Assembly: GCF_000143415.4 (NCBI RefSeq)
Contig: NW_003314341.1
Coordinates: forward strand, 167,869 to 231,868
Length of the DNA: 64,000 nt
Reading direction: 5' to 3'
Source: Selaginella moellendorffii
Lineage: Eukaryota; Plantae; Lycopodiophyta
Shown: positions 10,956-23,357 of the stretch, piece after piece
Layout of the letters: each line of letters begins with the position of its first letter
Numbering within the stretch: position 1 is the stretch's first letter
The notes under the pieces: generated by a model
Told to the model about the DNA's origin: nothing
What the model saw: only the letters and a program-made list of their open reading frames with translations
The model's database searches: none
Position numbers and translations under genes: made by a program

Positions 10956-12559
10956 GTCACGCCAGGCATCTAGTGTGATGCCGTCCGTAGATGCATATAC
11001 GGAGGTTGGGTTCGAGTCCCGACCCTCTAGTGCTTGGGTTCGAGTCCCAAATCACTAGGGCGTGGTGATGGTTTGGAATATGAGGACACTCATATTTCGG
11101 TGGTCATGGACTCTCAGTGGGGAGACTGGTTTGGGCACACCGCCAAGCGAGGGATGCCTCGGAGTCGTGATGCACGGTTAGATTGCTTAGTGTGAAAGCT
11201 CAGCATATCTAACTTGAACACTTTGGTGCAAGTGGCACCAAGGTCGTGGTGAGTGAGATGGGGACACCTAATCTCAGTTGCTATGGACCCTTGGCCGTAA
11301 GGGCTAGCTTGGGTGCACCGCCAAGTGTGGGGGATGCCCCCGGGGTTATAGTCAACAACTTGGAGGTCTGGAAGACCAAGTACCTCTTGGCAACTCTGTT
11401 AAGGTGCCAAGGTGAGATCACTAGGTGATCTTATGGCCAGATAAGGACGAGGTCCTTGGTTGGCTAAGGAATGAAGTTCCTGGTTCAAAATGTTGAAATT
11501 GAACTGTTTAAGGTGGTGTGGCTTGGTCGTGATAACCAAGTGGGAAGAGCACCTAAGGGAAATAAACTATGTCCGTGCGATGGCATAGTGAGTCCGAGGA
11601 AAGTAGTCTCTATAAAAGACCCATGGGAGGGTCACGAAGTTGGGCCGTGGATAGAGCCCATAGCAGAAGATGCTAAAGAGACGTACTAGGGGTGAACATC
11701 CTCCGGACTTGGCAAAGAAGAGTCTTTGCTATGGAACAGAAACAATACCTCAAGGAGGGAGGTAGAGATTCGATGTTGCTTGGTGCAACAATCAACGGAT
11801 AGGAGCAAAAGATGAGTGGCCAAGATAGGGCCGTGGAATCCATTGGAAGGAATCCAAGTGACAAAGTTAGGCGAGGAACACTAATGTGTTGGACGCTAAC
11901 GAGTTGCAGGAAAGGAAGTGTGTTTCCAAGGAGGGATTCCGAAATGCTCCGATTTGGCAAAAGTGGAAGCTCCAAGGGAGGGAGCGGTAAGGTAGCCAAA
12001 TGATAGGGCCATGAACAGCCCTAGCACAAAGCATGATAACTGGAACTTTGGCACGAAATAGAAGAGAGGATGATGGTGCCCTCGAGTAGAGAACTTCCTA
12101 GGATGGGAAGTGGAGTTGCACAAAAGGTGCAAGGCAAGGTGTCGGAGACACCTAGGAAATCGACTCCAAGAAGTCAAAATTCAAAGTTCCAAAGTGCAAA
12201 GGTTATATCGATGGAAATTGAAACTACTCGAGAAGGAGTAGTGGGATTGACTTAGAGAAGGGTCTCTAAGAGGTTTAGCGAGAACTAAACCAATAAAACG
12301 AGAGAACCACTATATGTGGTCCAATCAGTCTCTAAGTTGGAAAGACTACCCTCCTTAGAGGATATGCAAAAGGCATGGTGAGCCTTCAATGTCCAACCAT
12401 TGATGAATATGGAGAAGGCATGGTGAGCCTTCAATGTCACACCATTGACAAATATTGGCTACGCGCCAAGGATTGAAATGGTAACACATGCGGGTGTTAC
12501 TTTATAAAATGGTTCACCGTTCGATGAGGACATCGAACTTCGTCTATGGGTGGTGGAGT

Positions 12560-14446
12560 TGTGAGACACAAAATCCCTAGGCCCCAAAGTGGAGCTGGAA
12601 GGGCGCCACATGGTAGTGGCCGAAGCGAGAGCCAAACGAGCGTAACACGTTTGGACCAAAAGCTCCGACTTGAAAAGTCAAGAGCGGGAGTGGAACTCCC
12701 AACGAAGTGCTCGAGGAACGAGCACGAAGCGAGCAAAAGGCGAGGCTCCAAAAAGGGACCCAAAAGGACCAACACATGACACGTGGGAGTGTCCGAGATG
12801 GACTCGAGATGGAGTCCGAAGTGGAGTCCGAGGTGGACCCGAGATGGACCCGAGTTGGAGTCCGAAGTGGAGTCCGAGATGGAGTCCGAGATGGAGTCCG
12901 AGATGGAGTCCGAGTTGGAGTCCGAGGTGGACCCGAGATGGACCCGAGTTGGAGTCCGAAGTGGAGTCCGAGATGGACCCGAGATGGAGTCCGAGATGGA
13001 GTCCGAGATGGAGTCCGAGGTGGACCCGAGATGGACCCGAGATGGAGTCCGAGATGGAGTCCGAGATGGAGTCCGAGATGGAGTCTGAGATGGAGTCCAA
13101 GATGGAGTCCGAGATGGACCCGAGATGGAGTCCGAGATGGAGTCCGAGGTGGACCCGAGATAGACCCGAAATGGAGTCCGAGATGGACCCGAGATGGAGT
13201 CCGAGATGGACCCGAGATGGACCCGAGATGGAGTCCGAGATGGAGTCCGAGATGGAGTCCGAGATGGAGTCCGAAGTCGAGACCGAGACCGGAACCGAGA
13301 CCGGGACCGAGACCGAGACCGAGACCGAGATCGGGACCGAGACCGAGACCGAGGCCGAGGCCAAGACCGAGCCCGAGCCCGAGTCCGAGTCCGAATCCGA
13401 ATCCGAGTCCGAGTCCGAGTCCGAGTCCGAGTCCGAGTCCGGAGCCTGAGAGGGTGAAAGCCCAAAGCGTTCGTCTCCCAGACCCTGGGGGGTTTGGTGA
13501 GCTCCAAAAGTATAGTAGGGGGAGGACTGCAGTGGAGCCAGTTTGGCCAGGAAAGGCCAGTTTGGCCTAGGAAGGCCAGACCCAGTGTTGGGTGATGAAC
13601 TGACCACTGGGAAGTCCAAGACTAGAGTGAATACGGACCGACAAGCGGGGTAGCTTGGTGAAGTGTTCAAGAGCCGGCTCTAGTTCCCCCGGGAGATCGA
13701 CTGGCCGATGCTCCCAGTCCAAGTGTGGGTGGCACTACCTACTTGGATACCAGGCGTGGCTCAACGGAACCTCGCTCTAAGACCATGGCTAGAGCACCTA
13801 AAGGCGATAGGTGGGGAGAGTACCTAGGTGGCTCGCGTAAGGCCACGGTGTTCCGAAATGTCGTCCCAAAGGCCCAGACTGTGGAAAGGAAGAGGAGCAG
13901 TCCTCTGGGGTAGTGACCAAGGACACAGTCGTGTGGTGAGGAAGTCCCAGAGGACCGTGGGACTTAGTGGTCGGGCCTGTGGGCCTCGATCCAGTGGCAG
14001 TGTTGGCAAACACGGCCAGGGGCAGAAAGGGACTTGGTAGGAACTGACAAAGGGACTTTGGGGAAGGTGATTCCCCAGGTCTGTGGGCATCCTAAGGATG
14101 CTAAGGAGTGGATCTAGGATGACCCCTCGTAGACAGATGGCCCAGTCTTGGAGAGACGGGATGATGATGCAAGTGGTATTGGACCATTTGCGCAGCAAAG
14201 GTGAATGGGCATGGCCTTAGCGTAACGGGCCGAGATGTCAGTGGTACCTTTGGGTGTCGGTCATGGGATCGGACACGTGGAGCACTTGGACCAAGTGCAA
14301 AGGTTGAGTGGCATGGATGCCATTCTCGGGGCTAGCAAGCCCCAAGTCCTGAATGGGACTTATGGAGGTTGTGAATGAGACTCCTCCAAGTGGTCAAAGG
14401 TGTGGTTAAGTGACTAAAGTAGAATGGAAAAATTTAGTCGCTTACA
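12560..14446 (+). repeat. Family A LTR3 (expanded subrepeat array)
   Basis: TGTGAG...GCTTACA; followed directly by family B gag sequence. Confidence 0.9.
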
Positions 14447-17251
14447 AGTACGTGGGGGAGTCAAGCAAAAAGAGACAAACCCACAGATAAGAAGGTCAAG
14501 TTGTATAGCAGCGTGGGAAACAACGTATGCTACAACTGTGGTGAGGCGGGACACATTTCGAGGGAATGTCCCTACCCGAAGAAGGCTAGAGCCAATATGG
14601 CCATTAAGTCGGGTAAAGTCCAAACTGAGGTATGTGATCCAGTCCCTAGCTCAAAGTTACTCATTACACGAGCAACTTTGGTAGAGAGTCGTTCGCGACA
14701 TCTACTAGCCCTCCAAGGGAAGCTCGGTGGTAGCTTTGTTAAGATCCTTATTGACACGGGTGCTTCGGATAATTTTGTGGTTACAGACATAGTCCGGCAA
14801 GCCGGACTAATGGTGTAGCGGCTAGGCAAACCAAGGACTATAAAGTTTGTTCAAGGTAGCCAAAGCACTGATGAGGTACTTCGACAAACGAGAGTCGAAG
14901 TAGGGACATGGAAAGTGGACATGGATTTCACCGTGTTGGACATGGTGAGATTTGACATGATCTTCGGAATGGATTGGTTTAATCGGTTTGTGGTAGCCCT
15001 GCATAGACAAGGTAGAAACCTTGTGGTACTGGCAAATGCCCAAGGAAGAAGATCTAGGGTGGAGGCCCAGGATCTAAAGGTAGGGCAAAGCAAGGCCAAA
15101 GATTCCTGCTTAAACTTGGTGTCCACAAGAGGACAACTCACTAAAGGAACCAAAGCAGCATTTTTGTGCTTACTTTTGGTGAAGAGTGACAAAAAGACAG
15201 GAACGAAAAAAGTACCTTTAGTGATCAAGCGGGTGTTGGACCAATTCAAGGATACCATGCCGGAGGAGCTACCAGCAGCGTTGCCCCCCGCACGACCGAT
15301 AGAACATAAAATTGAGCTGGTTGAGGGTGTTGAGGCGGTGGTTTGTCCCCCCTATCATTTGAACGAAAAAGAACTCGAGGAGCTCAAGCGCCAATTAGAA
15401 GAGTTGGTGGACAAAGGATATGTTAGGTTGAGCAAGTCATCGTATGGGGTGCTGGTGTTATTTGTGAAAAAGAAAGATGGATCTATGCGCATGTGCATAG
15501 ACTACTGGTTGCTCAACAAGTATAAAAAGAAGAACAAGTACCCTTTCTAAGGATTGAGGACCTGTTCGATAGGTTGGGAAAGGCAAAATACTTATCGAGG
15601 ATTGACCTGAGGTCAGGATACTACCAAATTAGGGTAGCAGAGGAAAATGTTGAGAAGAGAACCTGTCGAATTAGGTATGGGAGCTTTGAGTTTCTGGTGA
15701 TGCCCTTTGGGCTGTGCAATGCGCCAGCAACGTTTTCGGCGTTGATGAACCATATCTTTGTACCCTATCTGGATCACTTTGTGGTCGTCTATATCGACGA
15801 CATCCTGATCTATAGTGAGACACTAGAGGAGCATGCCGAACATTTAGCGAAGGTGTTTGAGAAACTAAGGGAACTCAAACTGTATGCTAAAGAGAGCAAA
15901 TGTGACTTTGCTCAACAAGAGGTAAAGTTTCTCGGGCATGTGGTGGGCCAGGACGGGCTCAAGGTGGACCCGAAGAAGGTCCAAGCGATCCAGGAATGGG
16001 AGAGACCAACGAATGTACATGAGTTGAGGGTGTTCTTGAGGTTATGCAACTACTACCGAAAGTTTATTAGACAACATTCGAGAGTAATCTTGCCCTTAAC
16101 GGACCAAACAGGAAAAGGGAAGATGGTTTGGACAGCGGAATGTGAGGCGGCATTCGTCCACCTCAAAGGGAAGTTGAGGAAGGCTCTCGTGTTGGCATTA
16201 CCAAACTTTGGTAAGGACTTTGAGGTAGAAACGGATGCTTCGGACTTTGCGTTGGGCGCAGTTCTGAAGCAAGACAACCATCTAGTAGCGTTCTTCTCGA
16301 AGAAGTTGGACAAGGCTCAACGGAAGTGGCAATACTACCTTGGGAGACACTTCAAGGTTTACACAGACAATGTGGCAACGAAACACTTCTTGTCACAGCC
16401 CGACCAAAGAGGGAAACAAGGTCGGTGGGCCAATGCCTTGGCCGAGTTTGATTGCAAGATTCTGTACAAGCCTGGGAAGAGCAATATCGTGGCAGATGCG
16501 CTAAGTCGAAAAGCGAGCTTGAGGTTGGTGATATCGAGCGCGACAGCAACCTTTTGGGACGATGTGCGGACAGCATATGAGAATGATGGTCTAGCCCAAG
16601 AAGTGTTGCTGAGGAATCTAGAGGCACGGGAAGCTCACCAGAGAGGTGAGCTGCCAACGGAAGAGAAAATGGGCTATGCAGAACGCAACGGACTCATCTA
16701 TTACAAGCAAACGAGGGTGTATGTTCCAGAAGGGGAACTAAGGAAGGTAGCCTTAGAAGAGTGTCATGACGGACCTCTTGTAGGACACGGCAGAGTGCCC
16801 AAGACGATGGGCTTACTCAAGAGGAAGTACCATTGGCCAGATATGGCTAAGGACGTCCAAGACTATGTAAAGACATGTCCAATATGTCAGCAGGTCAAAG
16901 CCATGACTAAGGCTAGTGGGGTCTTGTTGCAAAGCATCCCAATTCCAGATCGTCCGTGGAAATGTCTTACGATGGACTTCATCATGGGGCTCCCCCCAAG
17001 CAAGGGGTTTGATGCGATATTTGTGGTGGTGCACTGATTTTCAAAAATGGCACATTTCATACCCACCACAACGGAAGTGGATGCAGAAGGTGTGGCGAAG
17101 GTGTTTTTCGAACAAATAGTTCGAGTGCGGGGAAGGCCGGAAGAGATTATCTCAGATCGAGATAAGATCTTCACTAGTAGGTTTTGGAGGACTCTCCTGG
17201 AATAGTATCGCACCAAGTTGAAATTCACCACAGCCTATCACCCATAAACAG

Positions 17252-17298
17252 GTATTGGGTATTAAGTCAAGTTTGATGGCACTAACACTTCTTGACAG
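17252..17298 (+). other. 47-nt GT-AG intron in integrase core
   Basis: GTATTG...CACTAAC...GACAG; removal restores the (T)AYHPQT-DGQTER motif, exactly so in copy B4. Confidence 0.85.
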
Positions 17299-17716
17299 AC
17301 AGACAAACGGAATGGGTGAATAGGCAGCTGGAGGATTATTTGCGATGCTATGTCTTGGGAGACCAGACCGATTGGGTAAGTCATTTGGGACTTGCGGAAA
17401 TGTGTTATAACAACTCACCACATTCGAGTATCAGGGTGAGTCCATGGGAAGTCATAAATGGGCGAGCTATTGAAGGTCATGTGGAACTCGGCGTGGCCGA
17501 GTATCATGGAGAGTTACCCGCAGTGGAGGCATTCACGGCGAAAAGACTCAACATTTGGAATCTAGTGAGGGATTCCTTGGAACGGGCTCAACAAAGGCAA
17601 ACCAAGTACGCGAAGCAGAAGTGCCGGGATGTAGAGTTCCAAGCTGGGGAGAAAGTGTGGCTGAACACCAAGAACCTCAAGTTACCAAGTGGCATTAGCC
17701 GAAAGTTGACCCAAAG

Positions 17717-17768
17717 GTAAAAATGCATGTATTCCTGTAAATGAATTGATCTTGAGTTCCTTAAGCAG
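17717..17768 (+). other. 52-nt GT-AG intron before the integrase GPY motif
   Basis: AG|GTAAAA...TAAGCAG|G; removal gives RKLTQR-FAGPYEIEARIGKVAYRL. Confidence 0.85.
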
Positions 17769-18552
17769 GTTCGCGGGGCCTTACGAGATTGAGGCACGAA
17801 TCGGTAAAGTGGCTTACCGTCTCTGACTTCCTCGAGAGATGGGGAAGATGCACCCCGTGTTCCACGTGAACTTACTCAAGCCGTACTTTGAGGATCCTCT
17901 TCGTAAGGACCAAGTCAGACCTTTACTTGAGGTTATCCAAGGGGAAGAGGAATATGAAGTTGAGGCCATCCTCAATGCGCACAAGAACAAGCGACAAGGA
18001 TGCAAGGTGAGAGAGTTGCATGTGAAGTGGAAAGGATTTCCACACTGCGAAGCAACATGGGAACTGGAGGAGAACCTAATGAACGCATGAAATCTAATGG
18101 AGGAATTTCTGCAAGACAAAACTCTATGTACTTATGCAAAGTTCAATTAAAATATCAATTTGTGAAGTTGAGCAAAGGCATATGTTGGGACCTGAAGGCA
18201 CACCGAAGGTAAGCTAATTAGCATGGGTTAGCTAGGTCGACCAAGCGTAGGGCACTACGCCTGACTCCCCGCGGGGATATCAAATCCGTTGACGTATTCT
18301 ACGGAGGTTGGGTTCGAGTCCCAACCCCCTAGTAAAGCAAGGCTGGGTTCAAGTCCCGACCCCATACTAGGGCGTGGTGAGGTGAGGGGTATAGGGACAC
18401 CTATATTCCGTTGTCATGGTCTCTTGGCCGGGGAGGCTAACTTAGGCACACCGCTAAGTGGGGGGATGCCCCCGGAGACATGGTCAACAAGTCGTAGGAT
18501 CAAAAAGAGACGTTCAATATGGGCATCGAACTTCTTCTATGGGTGGTGGAGT

Positions 18553-19717
18553 TGTAAGGAACCGACTCCCCGAGATGTCGTAGGCTAAAGGATCCCCGAA
18601 AGCATGACCGAAATGACAAAAAAGTTCATCGAATGGGACCGAGTCGAAGATCGAGTCCAAGACCGACTCTGAGATCGAGTTCGAGATAGAGTCCGGAATC
18701 GAGCCCGAGGCCGAATCAGAGACCGAGTTTGAGACCAAGTTCGAGACTGAGTTCGAGAAAGAGTCCAAGATCCAAATTGGGTCCAAGACCGAGTCCAAGG
18801 TCGAGTTTGAAGTTGAGTCCGAGATCGCGTCCGAGATCGAGTCCAAGATCGAGTCCAAGACCGAGTCTGAGGTCGGGTCCGAGATCGATTCGGAGATCGA
18901 GTCCGAGACCGAGTCCAAATACTAATACGGGTCAAGGGGTGAAAGCCCAAAGCGTGTGTCTCCTGGGGGGGGGGGGGGGGGGCTGTAGGGGGTTCCAAAA
19001 GTATAGTAGGGATAGTGAGGTCCAGGAACCAGTCTTGAAGGAACTCTCCAGTGGTGCTTCCAAACTGACTTGAGGTTGAGACTGGGGCCGAGGGGCCTTA
19101 GGTGGGAGTGAGCATGGGCTTGAGTGGTGCCGGAGGGGCCACCCAGGGAAGTGCTCAAGAGCAGCTCCCACTCCTGAAAGGGAAACCGACTGCGGTGCTC
19201 CCAGCTCATGTGGAGTGGTGCCCCACTTGAGTACCTTGTGGCTCATTAGTCCTCGCCCTTCCTAGGGGCTTGGGCCTTCCCTTCGGGATGGAAGTGGGGG
19301 GGTAGAGGTACCCATACCAAGCCATTAGGCCACGGTGTTTCGCCCCGATGTCCCAAAGCAAGTGTTGCACCCAAGGCTTGGGATTTAGAGGGCCCCATGA
19401 TCAAGTCTTGTTGTACCAAGGGGTGTTAGGAACCTGGAAGCTTGGTGTGCTTGGTTGCTTGTGCCTGCGGGGAGTGTAGCTAAACCTTAAGTCCAGTCTA
19501 ACCCGGGGAGGGGGATTGGGAGAGATTTGGGAATCCGTGGATGGATGGCTAACGCTCCGTTGCTCGTATAGTGAGTAGCTGAAACCAAGTAGGATGAAGT
19601 AGGAGTTGGTACAATAACTGGGAACCTTGGCGAGGGAACTTAGCACAAGCCAAAGCAGTGTTGGTCGGGTAGACGAGGTAAGCTAGCAAATTGGAAAGGA
19701 AAAATTTATGGCTTACA
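18553..19717 (+). repeat. Family B LTR (B1 3' LTR) with degenerate GAGTCC/GAGATC hexamer array and Pol I promoter-like block (18915-19016)
   Basis: TGTAAG...GCTTACA; TATAGTAGGG at 19002-19011. Confidence 0.9.
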
Positions 19718-20643
19718 ACCATGACAACAGAATATAGGTGTCTCTATACCCCTCACCCCACCACGCCCTTGTATGGGGTTGGGACTTGAACCCAGACTTG
19801 CTTTACTAGGGGGTTGGGACTCGAACCCAACCTCCGTAGAATACGTCTACGGATTTGACATCCCCTTGGGGAGTCGGGTGTAGTTCTCTACGCTTGGTCA
19901 ACGTAACTAACCTATGCTAATTAGCTTACCTTCAGCGTGCCTTCGAGTCCTAACATATGCCATTGCTCAACTTCACAAATTGATACTTTAATTGAACTTT
20001 GCATAAGTACATAAAGTTCTGCATTGTAGAAATTCCTCTATTAGATTTCGTGCGTTCGCTAGGTTCTCCTCCAGTTCCCATGTTGCTTTGCAGTGTGGAA
20101 ATCCTTTCCACTTCACATGGAACTCTCTCACCTTGCGTCCTTGTCGCTTGCTCTTGTGCGCATTGAGGATAGCCTCGACTTCATATTCCTCTTCCCCTTG
20201 GATAACCTCAGGTAAAGGTCTTACTTGGTCCTTGAGAAGCGGATCCTCAAAGTACGGCTTGAGTAAGTTCACGTGGAACACTGGGTGCATCTTCCCCATC
20301 TCTCGAGGAAGTCGGAGATGGTAAGCCACTTTACCGATTCGTGCCTCAATCTCGTAAGGCCCCGTGAACCTGCTTAAGGAACTCAAGATCAATTCATTTA
20401 CAAAAATACATGCATTTTTACCTTTGGGTCAACTTCCAGCTTCTCCCACTTGGTAGCCTGAGGTTCTTGGTGTTCAGCCACACTTTCTCCCCAGCTTAGA
20501 ACTCTACATCCCGGCACTTCTGGTTCACGTACTTGGTTTGCCTTTGTTGAGCCCGTTCCAAGGAATCCCTCACTAGATTCCAAATGTTGAGTCTTTCCAC
20601 CGTGAATGCCTCCATTGCGGGTAACTCACCCCAATACTTGATT

Positions 20644-22610
20644 TGTAAGCTCCTGAGTTTGGTCTTCCCGGGAGGTCACCCAGCTGTCGCGAATGTGACT
20701 TCGGGTATCGAAAGTTACCTGTCGGCTAGTTATTTCGGATATTCTTTCCTTACAGCCATGATGGCAGGAGGTCGGTATTGCTGGACCCATTATCAGTTCC
20801 CACTTGAGCTAGTTGAGAAACTGGTCATTGACCATGCACTTAAATCAGATAAACATAAGGTAGAAACTCCTATGTGTTTCTTGCTGAGCATACTCGGCCC
20901 AATTTGAGAAACTCCTGTCATTGGCTTGCACTTGCTAGTATCAAGAACCCCCGCAATATTGAGATTGGTCCCTCAACATTGCTAGATGATAGCTTACCGT
21001 GTCTGCCAAACACCCTCGCTATCATGCCCTTTGTGTTAGTCTCATTTCAGTCCCAAATGCTATTTATGGAAAGTGTCCAGATTTGCCCATTTGGTATATC
21101 TACGGGATGTAGAGATTGTTCTAAACACAATGGTGTTTGTCCCGTGTCCAAATTCGCAATTTAGGAACATTCCATATTTAGTAAGTTTCGAGCTTGTCTC
21201 AGAGACTAACTCCTAATACTAAGGGAGGCTTGGGGTGAAAGCCCAAAGCGAGTGTTCCTCAAGGGGGGGAGGGGGGGGGGGGCTATGGGGGGTTCCAAAT
21301 GTATAGTAGGGATAGTGGGTAGGTCGGGCATAGCCGACCAACGTAAGGCATAGTCTAGCTCCCGCTTGTGTGCCTATCCTTGTTTTGCGTTCGGCTTGGG
21401 TCTAAGCCCAAGTTCCATTCCATGCTAGCTGGTGGAGTACCCATGTCCTCACGTTAGGCCACCAGTATGCCGAAATAGCGTTAAACTTCGTTTGGCTCTA
21501 TTTTGGGTGCTGGTCCTAGCATTAGGATGCTGGTTACTCCAGGACTGTTCCAAGTCACTCCGGGCTCCTGTCCCTTCACTCCTTTGGCTGTATTCTCGGG
21601 AGTTGCTTCGTGGTTCGGTTTTGTCACTCCTTGGCTCCAAGCTTGGGAGTTTGGCACCGTTCCTTCGTTCAGTGGACGAAGGCTCTGAAACTCGAGTTCC
21701 GCACCACTGTCCTTTGGACATGTGGCATCTGTCACGTGGCACAAAGAGGGTTTAGGTTTCGCTTCGTGGTGTTATCCTATGGTAAATCACCATAGGATAA
21801 AGGGTAAAAACCACATGCGCTACACCAATCTAGTACTATTCAAACCCAAGGACGATTAACCCTAAATATCCCAAGACCCTTAACCAATTGGAAAAGGGGG
21901 CCCCTTGCCTCTATATTTAAACCCCATGGACCGTCTCTCAAGTCGTTCTCTTTGGTTGCTTACAATCCACCATGCTTCCCTACAAGTTCATGCCCTCGTG
22001 AACGGAAGCTAAGAGCCGCAACTCTCTCTCGAGCCCTGCTCTCTTGACACCCTACCTCTCGGGTCGAGCCCAGCCGGAGCAAACTGGACCAGCTCTCTCG
22101 AGAGCCCCGCTCTCTTGACACCCTACCCCTTGGGTCGAGCCCATCGGGAGCAAATTGGACTGGCTAGATGTCAATCAACATGTGGTGTGAGTCACAACTC
22201 TCCCGAGAGCCCCGCTCTCTTGACACCCTACCCCTCAGGTCGAGCCCAGCGGGAGCAAACTGGACTAGCTCTCCCAAGAGCCCCGCTCTCTTGACACCCT
22301 ACCCCTTGGGTCGAGCCCAACGGGAGCAAACTGGACTGGCCAGATTTCAATCAACATGTGGTGTGATTCCCTTAGCCAACCAATAGAGTTAGACCTGAGA
22401 CCGCTCTGATACCAAATGTAAACTCTTGAGTTTGGTCTTTCCGGGAGGTCATCCAACCCAGTACTATTCAAACCCAAGGACGCTTAGCCCCAAATATCCC
22501 AAGACCCTTAACCAATTGGAAAAGAGGGTGCACTCTTATTCATGGGCCTTTTCCCTCTATATTTGAACCCCATAGACCGTCTCTTAAGTCATTTTATTTG
22601 GTTGCTTACA
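20644..22610 (-). mobile_element. Cassandra-type TRIM (5S-derived boxes in LTRs); 3' LTR split by a family C solo LTR
   Basis: 194-bp LTR 22417-22610; PBS TGGTATCAGAGC (rc 22403-22414); second LTR = 21825-21964 + 20644-20684; 5S-like GTTAAGCG..TAGTACT..GTGACCTCCCGGGAAG; ~70-bp internal repeats 22020-22340. Confidence 0.85.
20685..21824 (+). mobile_element. Family C solo LTR (~1140 bp) with Pol I promoter-like block (21233-21316)
   Basis: TGTCGC...GCTACA; degenerate 5-bp TSD CCAGC/CCAAT inside the Cassandra LTR; TATAGTAGGG at 21302-21311; second partial copy at ~31260-31699(-). Confidence 0.75.
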
Positions 22611-23357
22611 CAAATGTGGTGAGTTGTTATAACACATTTCTGCAAGTCCCAAATGACTTACCCAATTGGTCTGGTCTCCCGAGACATAGTATCACAAATA
22701 ATCCTCCAGCTGCCTATTCACCCTTTCCGTTTGTCCGTCTGTCAAGAAGTGTTAGTGCCATCGAACTTGACTTAATACCCAAAACATGTCTGTGGGTGAT
22801 AGGCTGTGTTAAATTTCAACTTGGTGCGATACTGTTCTAGGAAAGTTCTCCAGAACCTACTGGTGAAGATCTTATCTCAATCTGAGATAATCTCTTCTGG
22901 CCTTCCCCACACTTGAACCACTTGTTCGAAGAACAGCTTCGCCACACCTTCCGCATCCACTTCCGTTGTGGTGGGTATGAAATGTGCGATCTTTGAAAAC
23001 CGATCCACCACCACGAATATCGCATCAAACCCCTCGCTTGGGGGGAGTCCTTTAATGAAGTCCATCGTAACACATTTCCACGGACGATCTGGAATTGGGA
23101 TGCTTTATAACAAGCCCCCACTCACCTTAGACACGGCTTTGATCTGCTGACATGTTGGACATGTCTTTATATAGTCTTGGACATCCTTAGCCATATCTGG
23201 CCAATGATACTTCCTCTTGAGTAAGCCCATTGTCTTGGGCACTCTGCCGTGTCCCGCAAGAGGTCCGTCATGACACTCTTCTAAGGCTACCTTCCTTAGT
23301 TCCCCTTCTGGAATGTACACCCTTGTTTACTTGTAATAGATGAGTCTGTTGCGTTCT

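Larger units (their letters stand above)
2937..14446 (+). mobile_element. Family A non-autonomous (LARD-like) LTR retroelement in a tandem array: partial internal - LTR1 - internal - LTR2 - deleted internal - LTR3
   Basis: Three near-identical ~1.7-1.9 kb TG..CA repeats; tRNA-iMet PBS TGGTATCGGAGC at 5143-5154; PPT GGGTGGTGGAGT before each LTR; 4.1 kb internal region has no recognisable gag/pol ORF. Confidence 0.88.
14447..18150 (+). pseudogene. gag-pol polyprotein of B1, disrupted by stops and frameshifts; two introns in integrase
   Basis: ORF pieces 14501-14818, 14915-15550, 15574-17037, 17292-17720, 17839-18090 are collinear gypsy domains. Confidence 0.9.
14447..19717 (+). mobile_element. 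Family B Ty3/gypsy chromovirus, copy B1 (5' truncated): gag zinc knuckle-PR-RT-RH-INT-chromodomain plus 3' LTR
   Basis: CYNCGEAGHISRECP; ILIDTGAS; YIDD; ETDASDFALGAVL; integrase HHCC and core; GPY; EEEYEVEAIL..KWKGFPHCEATWE; PPT and LTR 18553-19717. Confidence 0.95.

Noticed and set aside
15540-15580. Programmed frameshift in B1 pol
   Set aside because: B2 reads through in frame ([16 protein letters not shown]), so this is a copy-specific deletion
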